DNA from: Rhina ancylostomus
Taxonomy: Eukaryota
NCBI GenBank assembly: GCA_030265395.1
Contig: JARFYF010000007.1
Location: 23,346,755 to 23,410,754, forward strand
Direction of reading: 5' to 3'
Length of the DNA: 64,000 nucleotides
Positions 39,742-51,024 of the stretch are shown here, piece by piece. The position numbers and the translations under genes are program-made. How positions within the stretch are numbered: position 1 is the stretch's first letter; each line of letters begins with the position of its first letter. Under the pieces are notes generated by a model. The model made no database searches and was not told where the DNA came from. It worked only from the letters and a program-made list of their open reading frames with translations.

Positions 39742-39799
39742 CAAAATCCTCAGTCCAACATACAAAATTCTCAGTCCCAACATACAAAATTCTCAGTCC
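39742..39799. repeat. 21-22 bp tandem repeat, about 2.7 copies
   Basis: CAAAAT(C/T)CTCAGTCC(C)AACATA units. Confidence 0.85.
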
Positions 39800-40194
39800 T
39801 TGCACTGTGCCAGGTACACAGTTTTGGGCTCTACAATACCTCATCAGTGGTCCTTTAAGTGACAAGACACTGTCTGGAAAGTTTTTGACACATACCAAAT
39901 GAAGGCTTCTGTTAGTCCAGTTTCCCCCATCCCCACCCTCACCCATTTACTCTTTCAAATTCATTCTCCTCAGATTTACATGTGCACGTATCCTGTACAT
40001 AAATTGATTGAAACTCAGTGAGTCCAGAATTGTTTTTATTCACTCTTCTGGATCTGGGTGTTGCTGGCATGGCCAGCATTTATTGTCCATCTCCAATTGT
40101 TCAAGAAGCTGGCGTTGAGGGAGCTACATAGAGACATTCGATTAGCCGTGAGCCTTTCTCTTCCAGCTCTCAAGTTCACATTGTAAGTGAAAGT

Positions 40195-40510
40195 CAAAAA
40201 AATTGCAGATACTCAAAATCTAAAATGAAAAGAGATGCTAGAAATAGAGAAATAAAGGACTAGATGTTGGAATCTAGATGAAAAACACAATGATGCTGGA
40301 GGAACTCAGCAGGCCAGGCAGCATTTGTGGAGAAAAGCAGGTGGTCAACATTTTGGGTCAGGACCCTTCTTCAGGATGCTGCCTGGCCTGCTGAGTTCCT
40401 CCAGCATAGTCATGTTTTAAATGCTAGAAATAGTCAAACCACATCCTTCTCCTCCCATTGATGCAGCCTGACCTGCTGAGTATTTCTTGCATTTTCTGTT
40501 CTTACTCAAG
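40195..40510. mobile_element. Palindromic mini Penelope (40248-40420) nested in an older Penelope-derived palindrome
   Basis: Perfect 32-bp inverted repeat at 40293-40324 and 40376-40407. 13-bp TSD ATGCTAGAAATAG at 40235 and 40421. The outer arms are older pseudo-LTR sequence. Confidence 0.85.
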
Positions 40511-43500
40511 ATCAACAGGCTCTTTTAGTACTTCCTTGAGTCTTTAGCTTTAACTAACCAAAATAGCAGTTGTGAATTTATTAAATGCTTTGACAAGTAA
40601 AGGAGTAAAATATTCATCCAAGGTTCCAGGTTTCACACCTGGTCTTTGTCGAGTTAGGGTTTTCTGGGCTAAATATGAAGCAGTGTATTCATGAGGAAGC
40701 TGATGAGTGTTCATGCAGTTGAATTACCAGAAGGCCTGTAAACTAGGTTTAGAAAATGCACAGTTCATATACTGAGTGGATTCTTGACCACAAACAGGTA
40801 CACATGAGACTTGAGTTCAAACGATACATGCATGGTTTCTTCATGGTTCTTCAGACTGCTTCAGGAACTTTCTACACATATTGTTGCAGCCAAGGAAGCA
40901 GTTAGTCATATGACATAATCTTCAAGGAGGTGACAGTCATTTCTCAATAACTATTGTTCACAATCAATATTATATATTGTCTACAAGAACCAGTGTTATT
41001 ACTTAGGATGCCCCAGAAATCCCAGGATAACATAATTGGGGCAGTTGTAATATACTGTCGCCTAGACATTAAAGAAAGGTGTACATGATGCTGCCAGTAC
41101 ATTCTTTGTCTCTGATGCTGAATTAGATTTGTACTGTATGGGTTTGTTTGACTTTTTTTAGGTGGAAGCTTTTAGTCTCTTTGCCATGTCTTAGGCAATA
41201 ACCAACAAAAATATTTCCGAATCTTTGTCAGTGCAAATTAAATACAAGGGAAGTCACTGATCTATGACTTAATCTACAACCATTATTAACAAATGTAAAT
41301 TAGCAAGACCAAAGATGAATCTTGACAGACCCCCCAAAGTTTATAATGGGCATATTTCCAAATGAAATGGAAAAGTGATGTAATACATAAATACAAAAAA
41401 ACAGTGAAGTAGGAGATATTGTTATGTATTACATTTGGCAGCAATTACAATAGAATAACCACATTTTAATTCTTAATTTAGCTTCATACTTTAATTTGAT
41501 GTTATTATGCAGCAGCTATTATTTCAAATGTTCATAATGGCAATTTATTTTTCTAAAAGAGGATCTAACCTTGATGAGTAGATTCCATAAGTGGTTTGAA
41601 TGACTTTTTCTATTCCAAGAAGAAAGAGTTTGCACTTTTTAAAGTTGTTTTGACTCTGTTGTTAAAACAGCAAATGCAGCAGCTGAAAATGTCAAACTGA
41701 TAGATAGATGGGGCTGGGGTTTAATGTCACATCCAAAATATGGTGTTGAGATGCAAGTTCAATTTTGTGAGTCTGCTGGAAATGAGGCTTTGCTGATCCA
41801 CAGCATTGGTGCAAATGGTTGGGTGGGGGTTTGGGAAAGTAGGGCAGGCTACTCTGAATTTTGCTGTGGTAATCTGGACTAAAGGAAGCCATTAACAGCA
41901 CATGTTTATACACAGACTGCAGAGTAAAAAAGGACATGATAGCAATGGCAGAAAATTGGACTGTTTTCTCTTGAGGGTACAAGAGAGGTATGCACAATTC
42001 TTTTGAATGCCATTGTTTGAGGTGATGCTGAAGGAAAGATTCACTGAAGTGCAATTTACCTGGTGGGAGTGCCATACCAGTGTGATCAATCCAGTTCATT
42101 GGCTCTGGCATAACAGCTACTGGAAATAAGAAAGATGCCTGCCGGCAACTTAATGTAACCGTGCTCCTCATGTCTAGATTATCTTAAGGGGCTTTTCAGG
42201 CCTGTGTACCAAGAAAATAGGGGAAAGGATTGATGGCAACGTATCAAAAATCGAAAGATGTGGGACTAATAAAGAAAATTTCATGCAGGAGCATAAAAAA
42301 TAAACAAATTCCAGGAACCAGTTCCCTTCTAAAAGGCCCATTCAGAATGGCCCAGACCCAGACCATTTCTGCATCTAGTTTTTATTTTGTGGATCATGCA
42401 TTGGGAAAGATCTCTGAAAGTCAAGAAATTTGACAAGATTGTTAGCCATGGGCTTTCAGCTTTTTATTCAAAATCTTCCTTTGGAAAATTGGTCATCCGG
42501 TGAGTTGGTTGCTTAATGCTCAGTTTCTTGTAATCTAATCAACAAATGCCGCCAGTGAGGCTTTCTGCCGCTGGCTCAGTGCATATGGTCAAGGCTATAA
42601 TAATAATCACCACCTCAGCCTGAACACAAATTGCTCAATCTGAGGAGCAAGAATGCCTGATGTCCAGAAATAGTAAAACTGTAGTCATTTTGTTACACAG
42701 TAACTTCCCAAGTTATTGATTTACAACAGTATGAGATTCACTACTATGGAAAGAGCATTTGTCGTGTATGATGCAGACATTTTAAGCCTTGAATCTTGTA
42801 GTTCTTATTTTATACATGAAATTTTAAAAGCTTTCACACCATTTACCTGGCTGATAATGTCCATAGGCAGGCAATCACTGTTCTTGTGATAATCTATAGG
42901 AGGTGTTGAAGAGCAACTTGGTTGCATAACCTTGCGAGGGTTCATTTCTCCTGATATGAGGGCTGTTCTCTGCTTTACTCTTTGCCATGATGACATAGCT
43001 AAGAAAACCCTGTGAGGTATCTCTGACTACATTCAACCATTTTAGTGGCATGTACATTAATATTTCAATCTTTTGTGACCCAGGATAGTTATACTTTAAA
43101 CTTTGACCTCAGTTTGTTATTTCTATAATGATCATTTGACTTTGCCTTATAGGAAAATGGAAAATGCAGGTTTAAAAATAAACCTCCATGGCAATTGGTT
43201 TATTTACTTGTCAGAATCTATAATGCCACTTTAAATTAATAAAATAGATTTCTTGAGGAAAAAACTGTTACTTTTGCTTCTTTATGTTTAACAAACCTGG
43301 GTTATTTATACAGAATTTCATTAAGAAATCAAACATAAACTTTCATAAAGACCTCAAATTGAGTATGTTTCCATAAACAAAAATTAATCATAAAACAAAG
43401 GATAATGTTTTCATAAGCACATGTTTTAGAGCACAAGGAAGTAAGGTGATAAATCTAGAAGACACTTATTGCAGTGATTTTAATAGCCCGTTTCCTTTTT

Positions 43501-44110
43501 AAGAGTCTAAATATGGACTGGGGGAAGCCTCGAAAAAAGGTCCTTTAGACAGTTTACCAGAAAAAGTCCAGACTCATTAAATATCCAATTTGCCGTATAC
43601 ACAACTGGAGCAGAGCAATTTCCACATCGCTGAGTCTATCTCCCCAAGAGAGAGATGAATCATTTTGGGTCTTACCACAAGAAATGAAATAAGGAATTAA
43701 GACAGGAAATTAAGTCAAAATAGTTATACATAGCTGTCTGGAATTTCCAACTATTTGTGTGGTTTGTAGCATCCTTCTCAAAAGAAATTATGAAAATTTA
43801 AGCCACATTCACTAACATTTATTGACTTTCCAGAGATGCATTCAAATAAACAGCTTGAATATACATGTGACGAATTACTTGGGCAGGGATTCCAGTGGCT
43901 GGTTAACAACAGTGATATTTGGACCAGCAATGAAACACTTACAAGGAGTCTATGAAAAGATTATTTCTCTCCCACAAAGATTACATTACACTATGACTTA
44001 AGAAATTTCCCTAAAGTCAAAATTAAAAGCCTGCAAACCAGTTGAGGCCCTCGCACACATTACCAATGCTGAGATGCAGTGAAAGGCCTCAGAGGTAGGA
44101 AATAGGAGGT

Positions 44111-44169
44111 GAGATAGAGTGGACAGCCAGCACCTCTTTCCCAGGGCACCAATGCTCAATGAAAGAGGG
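44111..44169 (+). mobile_element. Young CR1 fragment running into a gap
   Basis: GATAGAGTGGACAGCCAGCACCTCTTTCCCAGGGCACCAATGCTCAAT is nearly identical to 47568-47615. Confidence 0.85.
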
Positions 44170-44794
44170 NNNNNNNNNNNNNNNNNNNNNNNNNNNNNNN
44201 NNNNNNNNNNNNNNNNNNNNNNNNNNNNNNNNNNNNNNNNNNNNNNNNNNNNNNNNNNNNNNNNNNNNNCATTCCGACATACAATACCCTCAGTGCTGTT
44301 TAATAATTCAAAGTGAGATTTGTTGTTATTGCACATCAATGATTATCTGGGCGAAGGAATTAATTGCATTCCATCACTCTAAGGCTCCCAATTCCCTTCC
44401 CGGCACTAATTAATATACTACATTCACTGTGTGCAAAAGGCACGATCCAATCTCTGCCCTGTTAAAGCAGGGGGTGTTTTCATCTTGAATCTGAAGATTC
44501 TGTTTTCCCACCTGCTGGGATTATCAAACGGGAGAAATTGACCGTTTAACACATTGGATCACACATTGCAGAAGATCACGTTTCAATGGCTGTGACTAAT
44601 GCTTCAGCTTTGTTCCAGTGATCCTGAAAATGGATTCAGTTTCCTGGACAGGATACTTGGAAAAGCTGGTGATTTACTCGGCACTCTTTGTTTCCTCACA
44701 TCTACTTCTGTCAGCTCTCCTTTCACTCACAGGGTTTCTTATTTCTCACACAATAACATGAACCTCTGTGATGTGGGAAATAACTCACCAACAT

Positions 44795-45092
44795 TACTTC
44801 CTTTCAACCATTCAGTTCTTGAACCAACCAGCACAACCCTAATCACTGCAGTTTAACAACACTGTTACCACTTTAATCACTTTGCACTAAAATGGTCTTT
44901 GACTTTCTTTTATTCTAATTGTGTTCTTTCTTGTAAAAATTGTGCATAATTTATGTTTAATTTATTCTTTTCTTGTGAATGCTGCTCACATGATGTCAAG
45001 TGCCTGTGATGCTACTGCAAGTAAGTTTTTCATTGCACCTGTGCACACATGTACTTGTGCATGTGACAAAAAACATGACTTTGACTTTGATT
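44795..45092 (+). mobile_element. Rex1/Babar LINE 3' end
   Basis: YF(P/L)STIQFLN-like ORF end, then TTTCATTGCACCTGTGCACACATGTACTTGTGCATGTGACAA and a (GACTTT)n tail. Confidence 0.7.
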
Positions 45093-45509
45093 GTACTGCT
45101 TCATTTGGCTGGAAAAGATTCACATTGAATAAATGCTTCAACATTTAAATGACATCTATAGTGTCCTGACAGCAATGGCTGTCACAAGCTGTGTGAATGC
45201 CAATGTAATAGTTTCCTGTTTTCTATAACTGTTCCTTACATGAAAAGCACTGATTTGAGTTCTGCATGCACTGTGTTCTTTCTGGTGAAGTCTGTTTGTG
45301 TGCTGAGGTGATTCAATGATACACATGCCTGATGTAACCCATCCCATCCCATCATGGAGATGGCCTTATGATAAATACAGCAGATGTGAATAATCAGCTC
45401 TGGGAATGTTTAATTTGGTCAGCCTGCTTTTATAAAATAGTTCATTCACGGTATGGCAGGGCTAAAGCATTAATTATTCCATCCATGTTTTTGTCTGACA
45501 TGCTAATAC

Positions 45510-45715
45510 TCCCAGCTGAAGGAGAATACTGTCCTGGAAAATATTTATTTCTCAATAACGTCACTGAAACAGAGCAAATCTTCTGGCTGTTCCCATGATG
45601 CTGCTTGTGAGGGTGTGCTGTGCACAGGTTGGCTAACACAAGTCTCACAGTGCAACAGAGTATACTCTTCAAAAGCACTTCAATGGTGGGAAAGACCTTC
45701 AGGACAATAAGGTTC
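45510..45715 (+). mobile_element. DeuSINE 3' half
   Basis: TGTCCTGGAAAATATTTATTTCTCAATAACGTCACTGAAACAGA..GCTGTGCACAGGTTGGCT..CTTCAAAAGCACTTCAATGG. Confidence 0.7.
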
Positions 45716-45759
45716 CCAGAGACATGGCATCCTTGTAAGGATTTTATTCACACTTGTGG

Positions 45760-46112
45760 TATTGTTAGAGCACAGACTGCTTAGCAACGCAGCACAATGT
45801 TTGAGTGAACTGTCTATCATTCCTGATATAAACAGCACCAGGGAACCATAGGAAGGAAGATAAACTGCGCTGTCCTTCCACACTGTCCTACAATTCCATT
45901 GAATCAGGCTTCTTGACACAGCATTCAAACCTGCTCTGTCTGTTGACTCACTGGCTCTGAATCCTGGAACATCTAACCCAACAGCACTGTGAGAGCCTTC
46001 CACACACAGACTGGCGCATTAGACACAATGGCTCACCTGCTTCAAGCCACCAGAGGATGCCCATTGACACCTACCTTGCAAATGTCCACCTACATCCTTG
46101 TGAATGAATAAT
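45760..46112 (+). mobile_element. Old LINE 3' fragment (CR1/L2 group)
   Basis: AGGCTTCTTGACACAGCA..AATCCTGGAAC..CCCAACAGCACTGTG..CATCCTTGTGAATGAATAA. Related ends at 10855, ~40035-40120 (-) and ~54400-54660 (-). Confidence 0.5.
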
Positions 46113-46248
46113 AATTTTAAAGAGGTCCTGACCCAATAAAATATATCGAGCTCAGAGCTGAAATCCAGAATTGTTTTGCCACTTAGTTCTTCACCTCCTT
46201 AAGGAAGTTACATGTTTTGTATTGGGTTGTGAGGATACTCAATTAGCT

Positions 46249-46540
46249 GATAAGATAAGATTTCTTTATCAGTCACATGTACATTGAAACACACAGTGAA
46301 ATATGTCTTTTGCACAGAGTGATCTGGGGCAGCCTGCAAGTGTCACCATGCTTCCGGCACCAACATAGCATACCCACAATTTCCTAACCTGTACATCTTG
46401 GAACATGGGAGGAAACCGGAGCACCCGGGAGGAAACCCATGCAGACACGGGGAGAACGTACAAACTCCTTACAGAGGTGGGAATTGAACCCGGGTCACTG
46501 GCGCTGTAAAACATTATGCTAACCGCTACACCACTGTGCC
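46249..46540 (-). mobile_element. V-SINE with Rex1-like tail, near full length
   Basis: Reverse of head and V-core (GGGAGGAAACCGGAGCACCCGG..AATTGAACCCGGGTCACTGGCGCTGTAA), tail GATAAGATAAGA..AGTCACATGTACAT. Confidence 0.9.
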
Positions 46541-47520
46541 TGCTCTTGATCCTCGACCAGGATTGCAGGCCAAAATTGCTGCAGGTGCCTCACCTTCCCT
46601 GGATGTGCAAGGTGGAGTGAGGTGACCTTGCCCACTGAAAGGTCAGAACCACCTGATCCCCTCAGACACAGGACCCTGCAGCTCAGAGAGTGTAGACCCC
46701 CAACTCTCAAAGATCCCAGACGGCTGAAGTGGACTGACTCCCTCCACAGGCAGGGCTTAGCAGGCTGGAGACAGGTGACCCTCCACATCCTCAGGCAACT
46801 GCAGGTCTGAATGAGCTGCCCATTACATCAGCAGGGTACTGAGTTCAGGGGGTGTTGATTTTCTGCACGACAGGGTTGGGTCTGTCAATGCACTGACCCT
46901 CCACACTAACATGGATCAGCATTGACCAGCCTAGCTCGTTGCTGTGAACAGCTCTTTAACTGTTGTTAAATACTTCTAATAGTCAAGTAAATTGATTAGA
47001 TTTAAATAAGCTCATAAATAAATACTCTGAATTTAAATCACATTAGAATACTGACAAATGATTAAAACTATTAAAATAGATTGAGCACTTTCCTACCTTT
47101 TGCTTTCCTATCACATTGATGAGCCCATTCAACAAGCCCTGACCTAAAACCAGGGGGCCGTTGTGTAATGGATCAGACCTCACTTCAGGGAGTCACTGCT
47201 TACTTGCTGGTCCCTTAATCGTCACTCAGCCATGAAGGGACAGTCAGCGACATGAGCTACTGACCACCAGCCCTGCTTGGACTCTCATTGTTCACTGACG
47301 GATGTGTGCTGAGCTATTTGCAGCTGGTGGTCGGTGGTTCTGTTTGGAATTGTTGGCTATTAGCCAGCAGATCCAGGAGAGTTGTGTTACACAGGGCAGT
47401 GGAGCTATGGGACATGTTATCCGGGTGGTGGCTCAACTTGCAGCCAGCATTGCTTGTCTGCTGGAATATGGATTCCTGCAAAAATCACGGATGGGGCAGA
47501 AAAACTGATAATCTGCTACC

Positions 47521-47902
47521 TGATGAGAGGAGACATGATAGAGCTGTACAAAATATTAAGAGGAATAGATAGAGTGGACAGCCAGTGCCTCTTTCCCAGG
47601 GCACCAATGCTCAATACAAGAGGGCACGGCTTTAAAGTAATGAGTGAGAAGTTCAAGGGAGATATCAGAAGAAGGTTTTTTACCCAGGGAGTGGTTGGAA
47701 CATGGAATGTGCTGCCTGGGCTGGTGGTGGAGGCAGGTACATTGGTCAAATTCAAGAGATTACTAGATAAGTATATGGATGAATTTAAAATAGAGGGATA
47801 TGTGGGAGGAAGGGGTTAGATAGTCTTAGGCGAGGTTTAAAGGCTAACACAACATTGTGGGCTGAAGGGCCTGTATTGTGTTGTACTGTTCTATGTTCTA
47901 TG
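47521..47902 (+). mobile_element. Young 5'-truncated CR1 LINE
   Basis: Open frame MRGDMIELYKILRGIDRVDSQCLFP..TRGHGFKV..FFTQGVVGTWNVLP..FKRLLDKYM, 3'UTR and (TTCTATG)2 tail. Confidence 0.93.
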
Positions 47903-47979
47903 AAATGCTAGAAATAACTATTTTATCATTGTCTTGAGGAACCTATGTCAAAAAGACTGACCGCTTTTCCACATTTCCT

Positions 47980-48305
47980 TACAATATAGAGGGAGGCCAA
48001 TTCAGCTCATCCAGTTAATGCTGGCACACAAAGAAATCCTATTCCCACTGTTTTTCCATGTAACCTATTCTCCCTACATTCCCTTCAGCTCCCCACAGAT
48101 TCTTCCACTCACATACAGACTAGGTGTCCAATTAACCTATCAACCTGCATGTGTTTGGAATGTGGGAGGCAACCAGAACATCTGGAGAAAACCCACAGGT
48201 CACAGGGTGACGGTGCAAAGTCCATATAGACATCACTGGAGGTTAGGATTGAACCTTGGTCACTGGAGCGGTGAAGTAGCACTTGCAATGCCACTGTACT
48301 GCATC
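47980..48305 (-). mobile_element. Old V-SINE
   Basis: TGTTTGGAATGTGGGAGGCAACCAGAACATCTGGAGAAAACCCAC..GGATTGAACC..GTCACTGGAGC. Confidence 0.8.
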
Positions 48306-48569
48306 CAAGGGTATTAGGACATCTCAAGGCAGATGATGCCAGATACTCTTCAACTGGTGAAGACACACACCTATGTATTGATTGGGGTCACCTGGCACCA
48401 ACAGCATCTCTGGGTGTTCCCTTCATTATTTTGCGGGGAGTCTAAACGACATCCATCAGCTCACTGCTAATGCAAGGTCCTGACTACCTAACCTAGAAGT
48501 CAACTTGCAAAAGGAACCTTGCTTAGATTTTGCAAATATACTCATGAATAAGTTGGTTGCTAGAATATT

Positions 48570-48830
48570 CTGCCCTAAGATCCTGAGAAGATTGTGTCCC
48601 TCCAACTCTGGCCACTTGGGAACTCTGCCACTCCCTTTGTCTCACTATTGGTGAACATTATTTTCAGTTGCCTGGGCACTGGAATTCTCTTCTTTGACCT
48701 CTGTCCCTCGCTGTCCTCTCAGTATCTCCTCAATCCTAAACCGTTTAGTTGTGCTTCTTTGGCTCAGTGTTGATATATGTCTCATAATGTTATCATGTAA
48801 AACTTTTGACAATTTCTCTAATGTTAAACA
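48570..48830 (+). mobile_element. L2-type LINE 3' end
   Basis: CTCCAACTCTGGCC..TTCAGTTGCCTGGGCACTGGAATTC..TGGCTCAGTGT. Confidence 0.6.
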
Positions 48831-48854
48831 AGCCAGTTAATTGGATATCCAAAA

Positions 48855-49382
48855 AAAACTGCAGATGCTGGAAATCTGAAATAGAAAGAGAAAATGCTAG
48901 AAGCACATAGCAGGTCAGGCAGTAACTATGGAAAGAAAAACAGTTACTGTTTCAGACTTGGTCAGAACTGGGAAAGAGAAAACAAGTTCGTTTTCAGTAG
49001 CAGAGAATGTGGGGGAATATGGGTAAAACCAGTGAATATCTCTGATATGTGAGACCAAATGACTTAAAGCCCGTTATACTTCTTTGTCCATGTTATGTCT
49101 TGCTAATAGCAAGCTGTGGGACATGCCTTGCAGAATAGACTAAACTAATAGAAAGAGAAGAATCTGAGCCAAAATGATGACAGGTAGAAGTGGCCAGTTT
49201 TGATACAGACAGAAATAAATAGACTCCTAAAGTTGAAGAATTCAATACTGAGTTCAGAAGGCTGCAATGTACCAGACAGAAGAGGAGGTGTTGTTTCTGA
49301 AGTTTGTATTAGGCCTTATTCTAATAGTGTAGGAGGACACAGATAGAAAAGTCAAAATTAAGGTGAGATGGGGAATTGAAGT
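48855..49382 (-). mobile_element. Older Penelope-like element 3' part
   Basis: ACTGCAGATGCTGGAAATCTGAAA..GCAGGTCAGGCAG terminus. 49225-49380 is the reverse of the QHL-F-LGTLQPSELSIEFFNF endonuclease end. Confidence 0.8.
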
Positions 49383-50710
49383 TTAATGTATTTATATAAT
49401 TGGAAGTTGTTCATAAAATAATTGAAGATGAGTCAAGTTATGTTGCACTCCTGCTTTTATTTTTGCTGCTGCTTGATGCATTTACCACGTAGTGCCACAA
49501 TTTTCTGAATTACCCATCCAAAGTCAAACATGAGCAAAACATTGCAAGTTTACTGGCAGATTGCATTTTTGCTCCAGAATCTTCTGTGCATCTAACACAC
49601 AGCAGATTCTAGACATGTGCAATAGCACCCAGTGATGCGCATTGCATTTATAGATGTCACTTTTGGGATTTTCATTCATGTATGAGCGGTCTGCAGGCTA
49701 TTAGTGAAATCACAGGTTTGCAACATACCCATGAAGTCTGTCTGAATGATTTAAAGGAGATCTCCCTCAGTAGGTCCTAGCATGGCCTGGAGATGCTGAT
49801 GATTGGCCCCCTTAAGCAAGTTATTTACCCTTCTCCACTTTGGGACCAACTCATCCCCACACACAGATCCTTAAAGCCAACCTGGTAGCCCCACCCCTCC
49901 CCTTCATTAGATGATTCCATCTGACTCCAACCAAAAATAACAGCCCCTGTCACTTAGAATCCTTTGCAACCAACCCTAGTCCCTCTACTTAACGACACAA
50001 TCCATGATCCTTCCCCTTACCTCAGACCCTTCTTTCTCCTCTGATCCAGCCCTTCCCAGATAACATGAAAATGATCTTGCTCTACTCACTTTCTTTCCTA
50101 AATAAGAGAACCCAAGAGAAACTCAGCTTCTTAGCACTGTCTGTTCACCCATCTCATCTTTATATTTAGTTGCCAGGATATTCTTTGAAGTGTCTTAGTA
50201 TTTTAAGCTTTTGGGCATTTCAGAGCATAGCTTCATGGTAATAGCCTGAAAAGGAATGAGCTATGGGAATTATGAGGATAGCCAAAATTTGTCTTCCATG
50301 GCACCTGGTAGGCAATGGAACGAAATTCTGCTGTAACCCATGCATTTATTCTGTCTGAAGTCACTAACATTTCAGAAAAATATGTAGAAACTGTTTTATT
50401 TCCCTGCCGAAATAATTTTTAATGGAATTTATAATGTATGAAAGAAAAGTCTTATTACTAATGCCTTTCAACTCTTTAACGTCTTTAAGTTCACTAGGAC
50501 AAATGTTATGTAACCTAACCTATTTATGAGGCATGATTCGGAGTAGTTGTATGAAAGTGCAGTTGAAGTATGAATGCCCTCTCAGCTTATATATAGTCAC
50601 CTTAGGCATCATAAAACTTGATAAGAGGCACATTGTCTGTAACAAGTGAATCTGAAGGAATTCAAATATTGTCCTGATGCACTATCAATTTGTGTCATAG
50701 TTTGACAATA

Positions 50711-51024
50711 CAGGCTGTTCCCAGGTAATGAATGGGTTCCATTTTTACAGACGTCCATAATTCGATTTTGTTCATAAGTTGGAAAATACACAAAAATCAC
50801 TCAATGTGGTAACTATATTTCCACAGTATTGTAATGACTTGCAGCAAAAACACCCAAGACATAAGAAAGAGCAACTACTAAAAATGGGGGAAGAGAAGAA
50901 ACTAGTTCTGTTGTTTATAGGAATAAGCATATTATGTATGTCGGACTCTTGAATTTAATTATGAGAGCTCAGTCATATGTACAGCTCTCCATAGGTAAGG
51001 AGTTCATAACCTGGGGACAGCCTG
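50711..51024. mobile_element. Tc1/mariner-pogo (Tigger-like) MITE, 314 bp
   Basis: 22-bp TIRs CAGGCTGT(T/C)CCCAGGT(A/T)ATGAA (20/22 match), flanked by TA on both sides, with no coding capacity. Confidence 0.88.
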
